A stretch of 63,960 nt of DNA, the filler included, from Perkinsus olseni (taxonomy: Eukaryota): the NCBI GenBank assembly GCA_013115125.1. It is 3 parts of 3 records of this genome, joined end to end, with 100 filler letters (N's around TTAATTAATTAA, not from the genome) between each part and the next. Parts side by side here need not be neighbours in the genome. Positions count along the whole stretch, not along the records: positions 22,847 to 45,588 come from JABANN010000533.1; positions 45,689 to 63,960 come from JABANN010000616.1; 1 more part is not named here. The stretch is one strand, 5' to 3'. Made by a program: the position numbers and the translations under genes. Numbering within the stretch: position 1 is the stretch's first letter; each line of letters begins with the position of its first letter. This document shows, piece after piece, positions 41,131 to 54,089 of this stretch. The notes under the pieces were generated by a model. That model made no database searches. It worked only from the letters and a program-made list of their open reading frames with translations, and was not told where the DNA came from.

Positions 41131-42616
41131 TTATGTTGCAGATGATGGTAAAGTTGGACCAATTATTCTTTGCCTTGATGAGGACGATGACAGAGTAGAA
41201 TCCACAGCTGCTGCTGCTGCTGCTGCTGCTGTTGCTGTTGACAGCCGTTGTCTTTTATTGTCAAGGACAGGTGGGGGCGCTGGCCCTAGACACTGATGAC
41301 GCCTTTTAACCTCTTCTTGACGAGGCCTATGCTGCTGTGGTGATGCAATCGATGCATAATCCTTAGTAACTGCTGAAGGACATATAATGACTTGATAGCA
41401 GGGATCAAGGCAGGAAGTACTTCGTAATTGCCTTGATAGTTTGATAAGCTGTTTACAGAATGACTCATTCGGTACGGCCTCTGGTCTAGCCTTCTGTACT
41501 GCTTCCAATGCGCCTTCGTATGAATACCGATAATATCTGACTAGTGCTAGTCGATGTTGTATCAAGATGATGATTATTATTACTTGATAAGGTAACTTAT
41601 TACTATACTAACTGATCTGGATTGTCCCCAATTACAATGTACTAGTATCTGAAGAATGGTAATAACACTAGTATATATATAATCATAATAGTAGTAAGAA
41701 TGATGATATTGCTACAGTATCATGCATTACATTGCCATCTTCCCTTATTCGGCATCTATCAATAAGGTTCCATGCAGAATCATACCTAGTTATGATAGGA
41801 TTACTATCGAGTATTATTGGTATTGTTATTATTCTCACCATAAACTCAGACTCTCCGTGCCGTTGTCCTGCATCGGTAATCTACAGTACTCGAATACCAC
41901 ACCACCACTGCTACTACTACTCATATGATAATTTGGTACACCCCCTTCTGTCTTTGTAGGTGTACAATTTAGTATCTACGATTACATCATGATGAGTATG
42001 ATCGCCATGATGATAATCGTGGTGTTATTACGTATTTGATATCATGTTTTCTCAGATTGATCATATTCTTGGCCATATATTTATCCCCAAAATATAACCA
42101 TGGTAAGCCAATCTACGATGGGAATGATGATAACAATAATAACATGATCGGGTGTACATCACCGAGCCCTCAGTTGTTTGATGAAAGGATGCCTTTATAC
42201 ATGAGGCGATGCAACATGATGATATCACGAGTATGACTATAACCTGCTGATGATGTGCTAATGATGATGATACCCTCTAGATACGCGATTCCTCGTCATG
42301 ACATCCGAAATCGAGCATCATTCATAGCGCTATATCCGAGAGGAGCAGCTAGTGGAAATACTCTGCCGGATGATGATGATGAATAGTATGGGCATAGTGA
42401 TAATAATGGTATTACATCTTTTAACGAGGTATACGTATCCTGCTGCTGCTGCTGCTGCTGCTGCTGTTCCTCCTTCTTCTTTCCCTCGGTATTAGAGTTA
42501 GCATCAGCATTGGTGGGCCGCATGGTCACAGCAATATCATCATCATCATCGGATGACGATGGTCGTTGTAGATTCGGACGTGTTGTTGTTGTGGTATGAT
42601 GATGATGATCATCCAT
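41131..42616 (-). CDS. Dual-specificity protein phosphatase, multi-exon
   Basis: LPWLYFG, ILVHCNWGQSRSVSIVISYLIK, ALEAVQKARPEAVPNESFCKQL. Confidence 0.88.
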
Positions 42617-42786
42617 GTTAGTATAACGAGTCTGAGATGTATATGGAAATAAGATAACCCAAACCATAACAGAACTACGAGGAGTAGGAGGAAATAATCA
42701 TTATCTATAGGATTATAGTAGGATAATAATATTACAGCATAAGACAGATGATATCAACGTGGTAGTCGTATTCCTTCTCCTGGTCA

Positions 42787-44829
42787 TCATCCTTCCTTCA
42801 TCTCCTCAACTCTCTTCATCACGGCCTTCAGTTGAGCACTCTCGCCCATCTTTGACTTCTTCTTCGTACCATCTTCATCATCATCATCTAACCTAACGAT
42901 AATTATATGTACCTCCTCCTACTCCTCCTGTACACCCTCCATCATCATTGTTACCCCTTTCGTTTATTCCTCTTATTATTCTTATTATTCTTATTCTTAG
43001 ATAACAACTCCTTATCGACACCAACATCCTGTCCAAACCCCTCCAATGTACCATAACCAACGTAACATTCATCATAATCACCCCCAGCGAGGAAATCTGA
43101 TTATAACAACGATAATAATGTCACATCAATTACTACATGATCACTAATACCTCCCCTCAGGGACATCCTACTCTTCTCTTCCTTTTCTATCTTTTTCGCC
43201 ACAAGATGCTCATGTACAGCCCTTGTTAGTCTAGTAACTGGTGATATGTACTGTATAGACCCCCAATACTGTTATAATAGACATTGGTACCTTCATCATT
43301 GGTATCTTCCCCCTCCTGCTGTTCCTCATCACCTCCGAAATAGTTCCGCGATGATCTCGCTTCGTTTGATTGTTGCCACTTATTCGTCTAGCAGTTATGG
43401 CATTACCAAGGAGTGGTGTCGTACTCCTACCTTCCCTGCAAGTACACCCTGACTGCTGCTGCTGCTGCTGTTGCCTTTGGTGTCATCATTCCTAGCATCT
43501 CCACCATCATAAGCGAATATATCAACATCACCATCAACAGCTGCTGCCTCCGACACTGGTTGTTGTTGTTGTTGTCGTTGAGATGATAGCCTGGTGCATA
43601 CGGTACGATGATGACACTCACAACAACCACCACCCGTAGTACTACTACCTTCCTTCTGTTATATTATCTTCCCTCTGCTGCGGAATATTGTTATTATCAG
43701 CGTATTGCCCAGGCGCTCTTTTGCCAGCAGTCTTCTTGCGCAACATAGCAGCGATCATCTCTGTTACTATCTCCTCGTTATATCTAATACCGATGATGAT
43801 AATAGTAGCAATACAGCAGTGGTATTAGCTCATCACCTGGCGACGTATAATTTAGTATCACAATCCTCATTATTATCTTGTACTGGCTGATATACTTCTA
43901 TCGGTACTGATTCCTCAACATCATTAGGATCAATATTCATATTATAAGCACATCTACCATCCAAGAATCTGATACCATAATAATGGATACTCCTAAGCTT
44001 GTATTATGAATACTACTACCGTCTTGATGCGCCCTTGATCTTTGCATTCAGCCCCATTTGCCCGATCTGTTTCGTCTGCTTCTGTATTATGATCGGTATA
44101 CCATAACGATGAGGATGCAGTTGCCCCGGCCCGAATAATGATCTGATGATTATGTTAACTTGCGTCAATCTATCACTACTGTCATGCTACTACCATTATT
44201 ACCTCGTTATGCCACTCCCCATACTACTATGTTGGCTAGTGGTGTGCGGAGGTATGGCGGTCGATTTATTCTTATTATAATGCTCATCATCATCTCGATG
44301 TCCTCCTCTTCTTTCTTGTACCCCTTGTTGGGCCTTCTTTCTCATCTCATCTTTAATCCTATTGGCCAATTGTGTATCCAAGCCCTTAACAAGATGTGTC
44401 GTCGCCTCATCACCACCAAGATACATGGACTCTTCAACACTCAGTTTATTGTATTTATCCCAATCTGCCTCAGCTGCATTGATCTCGTTTGATATACCTA
44501 TCATCATTATTATCGTCATTATTATTACCATACCACTCCTACCCTTCTTCCTCTCCAAAACTCTATCCCTATAACCTAGTCCCTCGAGGGTAGGAGCAGC
44601 CTCCCCTTCTTTGTCATTTGATGATGTTGATGTTGATTTCGCCTTATTGATAGCCCTCTGTCTTAAACGATACCTAATAATGATCATAACATCAATAACA
44701 GTAGGATAAAGACTCTTCTCACTTTTCCTTCTTCTTAGCTTGTGCTAACTTCTTTTTAGTGATGGCCTCCTCATCTGCTTTACTCTGCTCTATTAATGAA
44801 GCTTTGAAGGCTTCGTTACTGGATATCAT
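42787..44829 (-). CDS. IK: RED/IK (SMU-2) splicing factor, multi-exon
   Basis: SNEAFKASL, GYRDRVLERKKG, LSVEESMYLGGDEATTHLVKGLD. Confidence 0.85.
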
Positions 44830-44835
44830 GATGGC

Positions 44836-44875
<40 letters not shown>

Positions 44876-45514
44876 GGATCACAGAGCATCACCAACGCAT
44901 TAGGAGATGACAAGATATTGCAAGAATGCAAGATTGGCGCAACCACGGAGTTAGAGACAGAAAGTGATGATAAGAGTGCAAGATTGGCGGTAGTGCGATC
45001 GTAGAAGCAGTTATTGGGCAATCTGTTGTTCAGCTATTACTCTTCTTCTTCTTCTTGTTCATGGTACTACTATGATGATCCCATCTATGAGTCTGGTATT
45101 ATTATATCTACTGATAGTAGTAGCAACTTCCAATAGCAGTATTGAAGTATGGCCTGCTGTATCACCATCATCACCCGACGATGACACTAATCAACCTAGT
45201 GATACAGGTAGGATTACGGAATGTTGTGGACCACAACTTGTGGTATTATAAATATCACTCTTATCCGCTGCACGTACTCATTACTAGTTACCCTTGTGTA
45301 CGATTCGACGAGCCTTGAATCTATCAAGGATGAAGATGATGCAACTCCTCTTACTAATAATAAAGTGACTACCAATCTTGGTAATACCGTTATAATACAA
45401 CTGTCTCAATGCCTGCATCAGGTGCATGGAGGAAATGTTCGGATATTACCGGGGATTATTGTTCTTGCGATGGTAACATCAGACTAGGGGATACTGCACA
45501 AGGAATGTAAGCTA

Positions 45515-45517
<3 letters not shown>

Positions 45518-45588
<71 letters not shown>
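45518..45588. repeat. (CTA)n microsatellite at contig end
   Basis: Direct reading. Confidence 0.95.
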
Positions 45589-45688
45589 NNNNNNNNNNNN
45601 NNNNNNNNNNNNNNNNNNNNNNNNNNNNNNNNTTAATTAATTAANNNNNNNNNNNNNNNNNNNNNNNNNNNNNNNNNNNNNNNNNNNN
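45589..45688. other. Artificial contig linker (N44-TTAATTAATTAA-N44)
   Basis: Identical design to 22747-22846; base composition changes abruptly across it. Confidence 0.97.
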
Positions 45689-45723
45689 CCTAGGCCCTCG
45701 CGGGTCCTTCCCCGCTCGGGCCG

Positions 45724-46209
45724 CTACATTTGTGAGGTACCCCGCATAGAGCGAGGCCTCCTTACCACCCAGTCGCTCTGCTTAACGTCAGCCGGCTTCC
45801 CACTGGCAGGTCTGCGAGGAAGGTCATCAGGGTTTAGGACGTTCACAGCTTCGAGAACCCGGTCATCAAAGTCCGCTTTAGCCTGACCTGTGCTAGCTGC
45901 GATGCTTTCATCTTGGTCAGAGGGCAGTCCTTCCTCAGCTGGAGGACTTGGCTCACTGCTCTCCTGAACTCTGCCTCCGCCGGTCACGGCGGAAGACGAG
46001 GAACTCGGAGTAGACTTCTTTCCGAAATACAGGGCGATGCTTGGGTACGATGAGCTCTTTCTTTGGCGCTTAGCCGGCCGAGAGCCTTCAGAAGTACTCA
46101 TAGGGATACTCAGAGGCTCCTTGTAAGCGTAAACCAGCCAGGTAGTTAAGGCCAAGATAACGAGAGTAAAGGCGAGGGTTTCGAAGGACGCTGCGATTTC
46201 GAACAACAA
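45724..46209 (-). CDS. Orphan ORF (hydrophobic N-terminus, basic NLS-like RPAKRQRK, low-complexity), possibly mobile-element derived
   Basis: 161-codon intronless ORF at the contig edge, downstream of the palindrome cluster. Confidence 0.35.
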   Translation of the reverse strand: MLFEIAASFETLAFTLVILALTTWLVYAYKEPLSIPMSTSEGSRPAKRQRKSSSYPSIALYFGKKSTPSSSSSAVTGGGRVQESSEPSPPAEEGLPSDQDESIAASTGQAKADFDDRVLEAVNVLNPDDLPRRPASGKPADVKQSDWVVRRPRSMRGTSQM

Positions 46210-46267
46210 AATTAACTAGGCAAACCAGGCGCTACAGGCAACCGGTAAAAGGCTTCGGATCGACGCC

Positions 46268-46629
46268 GCCCCGTAGTACGGGGCCCGTATGATACGGGCC
46301 TTATCACACAGCTGCATGCTTTCTCAACGACGAGTCAGTGCGGCCCTCGTGCATGCGTGCACCGCTGTACACGCGTGCTACGACCATTTTAGTGTGCGCG
46401 TTAGCGCATGTCGCGCCTCACCGTGAGGCACTCACGGGTCTCGAGAATTATGAGTCATGATTCATGACTTGCAAAAATTCGTCGATGGCTTCGGAATTTC
46501 CGAATCGGAGAAAACCACGACCCCCCGGGGAAAACTAAGACCCCCCAGACTCTCAGGTGCTAGAAACATCTTTAGGGGGTGGGGGGGACCATCACTTATG
46601 GTCTTAAGCTCTCAGGGGGCCCCCCTGAG
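46268..46629. repeat. Cluster of six perfect 7-9 bp inverted repeats, each with a 1-nt spacer
   Basis: gccccgta-g-tacggggc 46268-46284; ggcccgtat-g-atacgggcc 46282-46300; gcctcac-c-gtgaggc 46415-46429; agtcatga-t-tcatgact 46453-46469; ttcggaa-t-ttccgaa 46490-46504; ctcaggggg-c-ccccctgag 46611-46629. Confidence 0.9.
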
Positions 46630-48135
46630 TGGATTGAGTCAACCGTATATCATGTCAATGAGTTCGTCCACAAAGTCTGAGATATCGAATCACCGCCCTT
46701 ACGTGGATCCATTCGACCGTGGCTTCGGGTTTGCGTGGATTGAGAGGCATTGGGGTGAGAAACGAGACTGGAAACTTATCTCACGTTAATCAGCGGACTC
46801 GGAAACCCCTAGACAAGATCAATTCGAAGGAAAAAAAATTTCAGTGTTCCACGGCCCTTGTGACGTGATGAGCTCTTTTGGCGGTCACGCCTTGGAGAGC
46901 ACGAACGGAAATGCCACTTTTGCCATGTTCATTCCTCACGATATTGACAATAAGCTCACAAAGTTTCAGTCTTGTACGGTCGGTCGTTGAGAAATTTCAA
47001 GAGTTCAAAGTTGTTCACGAAGTTTTGAAACTCCCTTTACCCAGAGTAACATGACCCTCATTTCACTCGCACAGCGCGGCCTCTCGTGTGGGTAGCAAGA
47101 GTCACTTCTGAACCGAGGGTACGAGCATTGTGGGGGATGTCTCACCCGAGACCCACTCAATGGCTCTGCTAAATGGCCATCGTGTTGCACGCGTTGAGCA
47201 GCTCAATTGGAGCTGTTGGAGTGCCCTACTCCTGAGGAAGAGGGTACCTTTGTTAGAATCCACTGGGGTGTAATGAGGCTGGCGACTATGAGATACTGGG
47301 CTGCGTTCTCTCACCCGCGTCATCCGTCCTACGGCCTAGTGCGAATGGAGACGTTTTACTCGAGCTCTGCGAGTTCGCTCGCCCTCTGATAGAAGCGCCC
47401 TTGGGCCTATTTCAAAAGTCTCCTTAAAGAGGACTTCTTAAAGTTCTTAAGCATGAAACGGCTGGATTTTTTTTTAATCCGAGTTTAAAAGGCCACCTTA
47501 ATTACCTAAAGAAGGCTTACTTTATCCATCTGCTTCCTACGGGCTAAGAAGCACTCCTTTAAGAATGCTTCATGAGGCAAAAATCACCCGATAAACCCGT
47601 CAAGAAGCTCAAGAAGCTTCAACTTGTTCAGTTGGACAGCACAGAGCAAGGAGACGCTGCCCAAGATGATCTCTGAACGGTGTTGCGGTTGTGGTCGGAT
47701 TGATCTCCTTGGATGAGCCTCTACTGTAGTTCGGGTATCAATGCCTCCTGCCGGATTGCCGCAGCCCGCGCGACTATCCTAATTTGAGATTACTAGTGCA
47801 GAAGTACGTAGTGAGCACCTGAAAGAGTGAAAAGCAGTCGTATCGTGAAAGAGCGCCTGGCGAAGGTCCTGGGTTGCGTCGGGGGCTGTCCCCCGTTGGA
47901 GCCTTCTTGGAAGTTCGGCTCCTTTGTGTCAACCCTGTCCCACTGGGTAGGCCTGGAGGGCGCGTATCCTTCCGCTGAAGTTGAGAAGGCTGATGATAAG
48001 CTAGAACCGTATTCCGGCGCGCTAGCTACGAGGTCGTTGCTGGAGGATGCTGGTCACTTCTCTCCAAAGAGTGGTCGTCTACAACATGTTTTCGTATCAA
48101 CAGTCTGTTCGCTTCACTCCATTATCGACATCGCT

Positions 48136-49011
48136 ATGGTAGCTGCTTCTACAGCCAGTTCTTCGACCTCTGAGGAGAGTGACCCCACCTTGGCCCATCG
48201 CGTTCTCTGCGTCCATGGCCATGCTCAGAGTCCCGAGGGCTTCCGTCAAAAGACGGGAGGCATCAGAAGGCAGTGTAAAAGACTGGTCCATTTTGAGTAA
48301 GTCCATCATTATGGCCGAACCTTCGGGCAATCATGGTTGCTGCTGTTCCTTCAGCTTCATCCAAGGACCCTTCGAAGTGCCACCTGATGACGTTTTCGCC
48401 AAGCACGACCCTGATAGCGAGAAAACCTACACCTGGGTCGACCCCGCAAAGGAGAGTCCAGTAATAATATGACAGTGTGTAACACAGATTGTTTTATTGT
48501 TCTTGCTGCAGGAGAACTTGGGGGAATTTTATGTAGAAAGCATCGCTAAGGCCATGACCCCGGAGACACAGGGTTTGTTTGGCTTTTCTATTGGTTGCCC
48601 CGCCATCCTTCTCGCTATGGCTCGGTATCCCAAGGCATTCGAAAATGTGAGTTATCGTTCAGTTCGCTTGAAGGGGATAACCTCGGCCATTTTCAGGTTA
48701 AGTTTATCATTCTGTGCGGTGCATTCTTCCCACAGAACAATTCTGAGCAGGAGGCCGAGATACGTGCCTGCCCTCTTTGGCCCAAGGTAGTAGTAGGCTT
48801 CCAGCTCCTATTCCAATCACTGTGTCTTGCCTAGGTTCGAGCCATGTTCATTTGCGGCAAATCGGACCAAGTAGTCGCCGAAGACCGGAGTCTCAGCGTT
48901 GCCAAGATGTTCACTGATCCAGTTATATTCGAGCACCCCAAGGGCCACATGGTCCCCGCTGAGGCCCGGAAGGACGTGAAAGCGTTCGTTCAGAGTGCTC
49001 TTTCTGAGTAA
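48136..49011 (+). CDS. FSH1/OVCA2-family serine hydrolase, paralogue 1
   Basis: RVLCVHGHAQSPEGFRQKTGGIR, GLFGFSIG, GKSDQVV, EHPKGHMVP. Confidence 0.88.
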
Positions 49012-49190
49012 CCGGCTGATACATTGGTCTTAAGTTTCTGTTACTAAAAGTAACTGTACAGTGGAAATCACAGTGGTGATGATGGTGTTAAGTTGATAGT
49101 GACTTCATCACGCATTCACCCCTCGCTACGGTCTCTAGGCTGCCGTCGCTGGCTCAATCGCCTCTCCTCTCTGATCTGTTGAATTCGGCA

Positions 49191-50065
49191 ATGTCTTCTA
49201 AGTCTACAGGGTCCGCCAGCTCATCATCTTCAGAGGTAGGGGAGCACACTAACAGGCTGTTGTGTGTTCATGGCCATGCCCAAACTCCCGAGCGGTTCAG
49301 CAACAAGATCGGACCGATAAGGCGGAAATGCAAGTCTCTGGTCCAATTCGAGTACTAAGGGTTGGCTCTGGTGGGTTCGGGTCAAAACTTTTGACTCAAA
49401 AGCCTTCTTCTCGTTTTTATTTCGCTGTCCTCACAGTTTCGTGAAGGGCCCCTATGTGGTGCCGCTAGAGGACAGATTTTCCCACGACTCGGACGACGAA
49501 GATTTGCTCACTTGGCGCCAGCCCGGCATCCCTCGGGGTCAAGACAAAGTCGGTGTGACTAACCCCCGCGGTCGCCTCATCCACTCCGTCTCAGATGGAC
49601 GTCTCTTCGATAATCGAAGGCATCACTCCTGACACCAAGGGTGTCTTCGCCTTCTCTCTCGGCTGTGCGGCCGTCCTTGTAGCGATGGCTGAGCACCCCG
49701 AGGCCTTCGCTAATGTAATTCATCGCTTCTCGGGCCCAGGGAAACAGTTAACTTGACGCTCAGGTCAAGTTCCTTATCTGCGCCAGTGGTAATTTACCGC
49801 AGAACCCAACACTGGTTGAAGAGATAGAGAAATCCCCCCTAGTCAAGACTGTAGTACTCCTGCTCCCTCCCTCACCGAAACAGCGATCTCTCAGATACCG
49901 GTTATGCTCATCTACGGCAAGAAGGACCAGGTAGTCCCCGAGGAGCGTTTCAATACCTTCAAAGGCGTGTTCCCTGATCCACTCATTTTCTATCACGACG
50001 GCGGCCATGTAGTGCCCGGCTCTTCCCGTCAACAAGTTCGCGAATTTATGGAGAAGTACATCTGA
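49191..50065 (+). CDS. FSH1/OVCA2-family serine hydrolase, paralogue 2
   Basis: RLLCVHGHAQTPERF, GVFAFSLG, YGKKDQVV, HDGGHVVP; same intron layout as paralogue 1. Confidence 0.88.
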
Positions 50066-50188
50066 GCCCTCCCGACTCGCTGCGGCGGTCTACGGAATTT
50101 CTGTTCCTTGCACCCCTTGGGTTTTGCGTTGTCCCTCTCCCCGGTCGGTGCCGGCTAGAATGCTGTTCTCGAAGGCTGTTACTTTCTG

Positions 50189-51443
50189 ATGCGTCGGAGT
50201 CGGCTGCATCCGAGACTACTGCTGGTAGCCTTTGCCCTGGCTTACGGAGGGCCGCGGCTGATGTGGAGCCTGGGTGACGCTGTGAAGAACGTCCCGAGTC
50301 TGCTCATCCTACCAATAGTGTGGCCCATGGCCTCCTTCAGCGCTACAGTCAGGGCCTGCCCTGTCATGTCGGGCCTTCTTATGGCCGCTCTGGGCTTCTA
50401 CTGGCTCCAGTGGTTGGTGGGCATCGTTAAACCCCGAGCAGCTTCTGTTAAGGGTGGGCAAAATTCATTGGCATTATAAATCTTATTTCTCCTTCTGATC
50501 AGATGAGTTGACCTTCCAACCAACTCCGCTCTTCCGACGCTTCCAAGTCTGGCGGCTCATCACGTATCCTCTGGTCCATCCCGACTTCGCCAGCCTCATG
50601 GTCTGCACCATCCATCTACTCTTCAGCCTAGATCTCGAGTCCACTCCCGATATCGATCTCCCTGGCGGTGCCAATCTGCGATGCGGTACAGCCCCTATCT
50701 CTGCTGGGTTCTGCTACCCGCTTTGTGGTATCGGTTCGAAGCACCTGGCTGCCCTTGTTGTACTAGCAACGGCTACGTCAGTCGTCGTTGGGTCTTGTGG
50801 TCGTCTAAGAGACAACTGGAATATCGTCTTCGGTGGTCTCTCTACTGTATGCTATGCAGTCGACGGTGCAATAATAACCCTCTATGTTTTGTTCGCCGGA
50901 GCTGGAGTGACGCTGCCACCCGACCCCTCGTTCGTCTCCGTCAGGCTGTTCATAGCCGCGCTGCAACTATGCATGGATCTAGTCACCTCTGAACCTCGGA
51001 AGTCTTTTCTCGACTTCGGCTCCCTGGCCCACTCTTCGGCCTTTCTTTGCGGTGTGGCCTATGTGACCGCAGTAACCCCTATGTTGGGATCCAGCGGTCA
51101 CTCATGGCCAGAGCGACTCTTCCGGCCTGCCCTCGCAGTGTATCCACGGTATGTCGTACCATGCCAGGGCAGCTCGTCGAGGTGCCTCAACATCCTGCAC
51201 CCGAGTCTTCAAGTGTCTTTGCACACCGTGCGCGTCTTCTGGTTGTTGCTGAGCATCGCTGCTGTCATGCTCGTGACCTTCGCAATCTCACGGAATGTGC
51301 CAGGGAGGCCTCAACGTCTACCAGTGGTTTCAGAATTAGACCGGCTGATGGGAAGCTACTCGACTGAAGGTAGACGTGCCGCTCAATCGAAGCGTCCCAC
51401 TATGGACGAGCAGCCGACAGGGGGTTTGGGAGATATCTTTTGA
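50189..51443 (+). CDS. Rhomboid-like intramembrane protease family protein
   Basis: FQVWRLITYPLVH, GGLSTVCYA, GSLAHSSAFLCG, multiple TM helices; one intron near 50454-50502. Confidence 0.7.
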
Positions 51444-51728
51444 ACGTAGAATTCTTCTGTACCATTTGTTTCGATGATCTTGCTGATTGTATTGCGTTAA
51501 GATAGTGCAGTAGAGGTTGGAGAAGCCGCGGATTGAACGATTCGATATCGAGGACATCCAACTCACAAACCCGACACGCTGTTGCTGTTGACGGAACGTA
51601 CTCGGCCGAGTCGGCGTACCAACAAAAACTCGCCCAATGAGGGTGTCCGATTCCGTACTTGAAACAAATCTCTCTGTCAATAACTGTTTAAATAATTTTG
51701 CATGATTAATCTGTGCCGCAATCGCCTC

Positions 51729-52844
51729 TCATTCCCTTCCGACTATCTGTGGAGCAACTCCACTGCTCACAACTGGGACTTCCACTGCTTCAGGGGGCTG
51801 ACGAGTTTTCTTCCAACCGAAGATCTTCTCTAGGAGTAATAAGCAAGTTGAGATGACAATCATGACGGCACCCACAATGCTGAGGGCATAAACTGGCGAG
51901 GGCGTGGCTATATGCTGCCATACAAAAGCAAAGGCGACGTCGAGTTGTCGAAGCATGGCGCAATTCTGAGGCTTCTCGATTTGCATTGCCTTGTTATAGA
52001 GGAACTGGGTGCCCACACCGAACATGCCAGCCACAATACCGAGCTGGTAGGCCCGTAATGCAGATGAGAGCGGCGGCAGGTGGAACGAATTAGCATTCGA
52101 GATCGCCATCACAACGCTCATGATGGTACCAGTAGCTCCCCAGTAGAAGACCATCACGTAGTGGTGAACAGCGCTCCCGACATAGCGGACCACGATGGGG
52201 ACGAAACCTCCAACTACCGCACCTAGTAGAGTGGCAAAGACGGCCGAGACAGTCGTCTCCTTCCCGCCTTCCGAAGTCACGGATGAACCGAACAGGAAAC
52301 TCGGCCTGGCGATGAAAACAACGCCAGCGAAGCCGAGGAAGAGGGAGCAGATCTCCAGCCTTGTCGAGGGTTCGCGCAAGAGGCAGACTGCATAGACCAT
52401 TGTGAAAAGGGGGTTGGTGAAGAATATGGCGTTGGCATCGGCCACGGGCATCCCACCGATGGCGTAGTAGAGGAGGAAGTTGGAAAATGCGCCGAGGAAG
52501 CCTCGGAAGAGACACACTAAGCGTATGCCGTGAGGGCCTAGTGGATTCACCCCCGCGCAGTAGCAGGCTGCCAGGCACGCCACTAGCTGTATTAGAGATC
52601 GTACGAGCATCAGTTGGGCACTGGAGAAGGTATCGCTCGCTAGGTGTGCACAGACTTGCATCAGGGAAAAGAAGAGGGCGGAGATGACGCACAGGCCACT
52701 GCCCAGAAGAGAGGTGGGACCGAGTATGGCCCTAGGGGGAGGCTGAGCAGCATCGAGGTTGCCGGTAGGTCGGGAGACAACGACCAGCTCTACTTCATCC
52801 GACCGAGGGAACGAGGATGGCGAGGAGGAACGAGGGACGGCCAT
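51729..52844 (-). CDS. EamA/DMT (SLC35G-like) transporter, intronless
   Basis: About 10 TM helices; LFRGFLG, MPVADANAIFFTNPLFT, LLREP, GVVFIARPSFLFG, AMQIEK. Confidence 0.9.
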   Translation of the reverse strand: MAVPRSSSPSSFPRSDEVELVVVSRPTGNLDAAQPPPRAILGPTSLLGSGLCVISALFFSLMQVCAHLASDTFSSAQLMLVRSLIQLVACLAACYCAGVNPLGPHGIRLVCLFRGFLGAFSNFLLYYAIGGMPVADANAIFFTNPLFTMVYAVCLLREPSTRLEICSLFLGFAGVVFIARPSFLFGSSVTSEGGKETTVSAVFATLLGAVVGGFVPIVVRYVGSAVHHYVMVFYWGATGTIMSVVMAISNANSFHLPPLSSALRAYQLGIVAGMFGVGTQFLYNKAMQIEKPQNCAMLRQLDVAFAFVWQHIATPSPVYALSIVGAVMIVISTCLLLLEKIFGWKKTRQPPEAVEVPVVSSGVAPQIVGRE

Positions 52845-53246
52845 AGACTATTCAAAACTTCACTACGGTGCTCAGGGTACTATGGCGAATGCATCAATTG
52901 CTGTGGACTGCCACCTTCCCTTTAAACGATTCTGATTCCCTTTGCTTTCTCCTTGCGCACAACAAACTCTCAGCGAAGTGAGAGACCATAGGGATGAGGC
53001 TATTCAACGTCGGAGTATCCGATATGGCCCTCGAAAGGGAATTGCCACCAGAATTCGGGCATGGCAATGCAGCGAGGAGATCTATGAGATGACCACTTCT
53101 CCCTTGAAGAGGTTCTTCAACGACCACCCCAAGGGAAAAGTACACCAGCCAGATATTCTAGCGATAGTTGCTAGCATATTTGGCTGCTGACGAGTACGAT
53201 TGGATGAACTCTCTCGACACAACAACGATGTTAGAGAAAAAAGGCA

Positions 53247-54089
53247 TCATAGCTCAGTGGTAAGGCTTAGGGATCGACTACGTACATTCGCAATAGCTGA
53301 TAAAAAATTGATCGGGCCTGGGACTGCGGAGGCTTCGACAATCACTGCTTGAACAAAAGACCGCCGAGCTTCAAAGGGGCTAGCACTAGCATCAATAGAG
53401 TCACGGTGAGGACGTAGGAGAACAGCAGGACGAAGACGACGAGGAGGAGTCGAGAGCATAGCCCGGAGGGGAGAACCTGGGGAAGAACATAGCCAGAATT
53501 ACGAAGAGACAGGCTCACGAGTCTAGTCCCGCTGATGTGCTCATCCAGATACCCTTGCAAGTTGTAGAAGAGAAGATCGACGTGGGAGTCGCCCTCGACA
53601 GGGTAGGTGACGGGGTCGGAGGCAGGCCCCCAGACCAGGCCCTGCTAGTGGAACGCTGTCCACCCCGGCCAGGAAGATGAGCCCTGGACTTACCGAAGCA
53701 GCGGAGATTATGGGGGAGGTGATGTTGCGGGCGGTTGTTATGAACCGCGTTGAAGCAACTGAGCCGAACATTCTGCCAAAGGCGTCGTCTAGATTGATCT
53801 CAGTGAGCCTTCTGCCACCGCCACTAGCAGATTCGCACACTGAGACAACGGACAGATGGCCGCCAGTCTTCTGCCGCCGAGCTTCGTGCTCACTTTCCAC
53901 TCTTCTTTCCAGATCCTCCATGCTCCTCTGGAGCTCGGCTAGAGTGATGATCTTCTGATTCAGTTCGCTGTGAACACCGCCGAGATTCTCCGCGTGTGTT
54001 TGGGACATTGCCTGAGCCAATCTTAACCCGTACTGACGGCCTCGGAAGGCCCAGTCGTTCCAGAGCTCTCGCTTATCATACCTCGACAT
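53247..54089 (-). CDS. Hypothetical coiled-coil/membrane protein
   Basis: ORF 53541-54089 (coiled coil) with downstream hydrophobic exons. Confidence 0.4.

Noticed and set aside
53243-53340. tRNA-like TAGCTCAGTGGTAAG
   Set aside because: No matching acceptor stem, anticodon arm or properly spaced T-arm.
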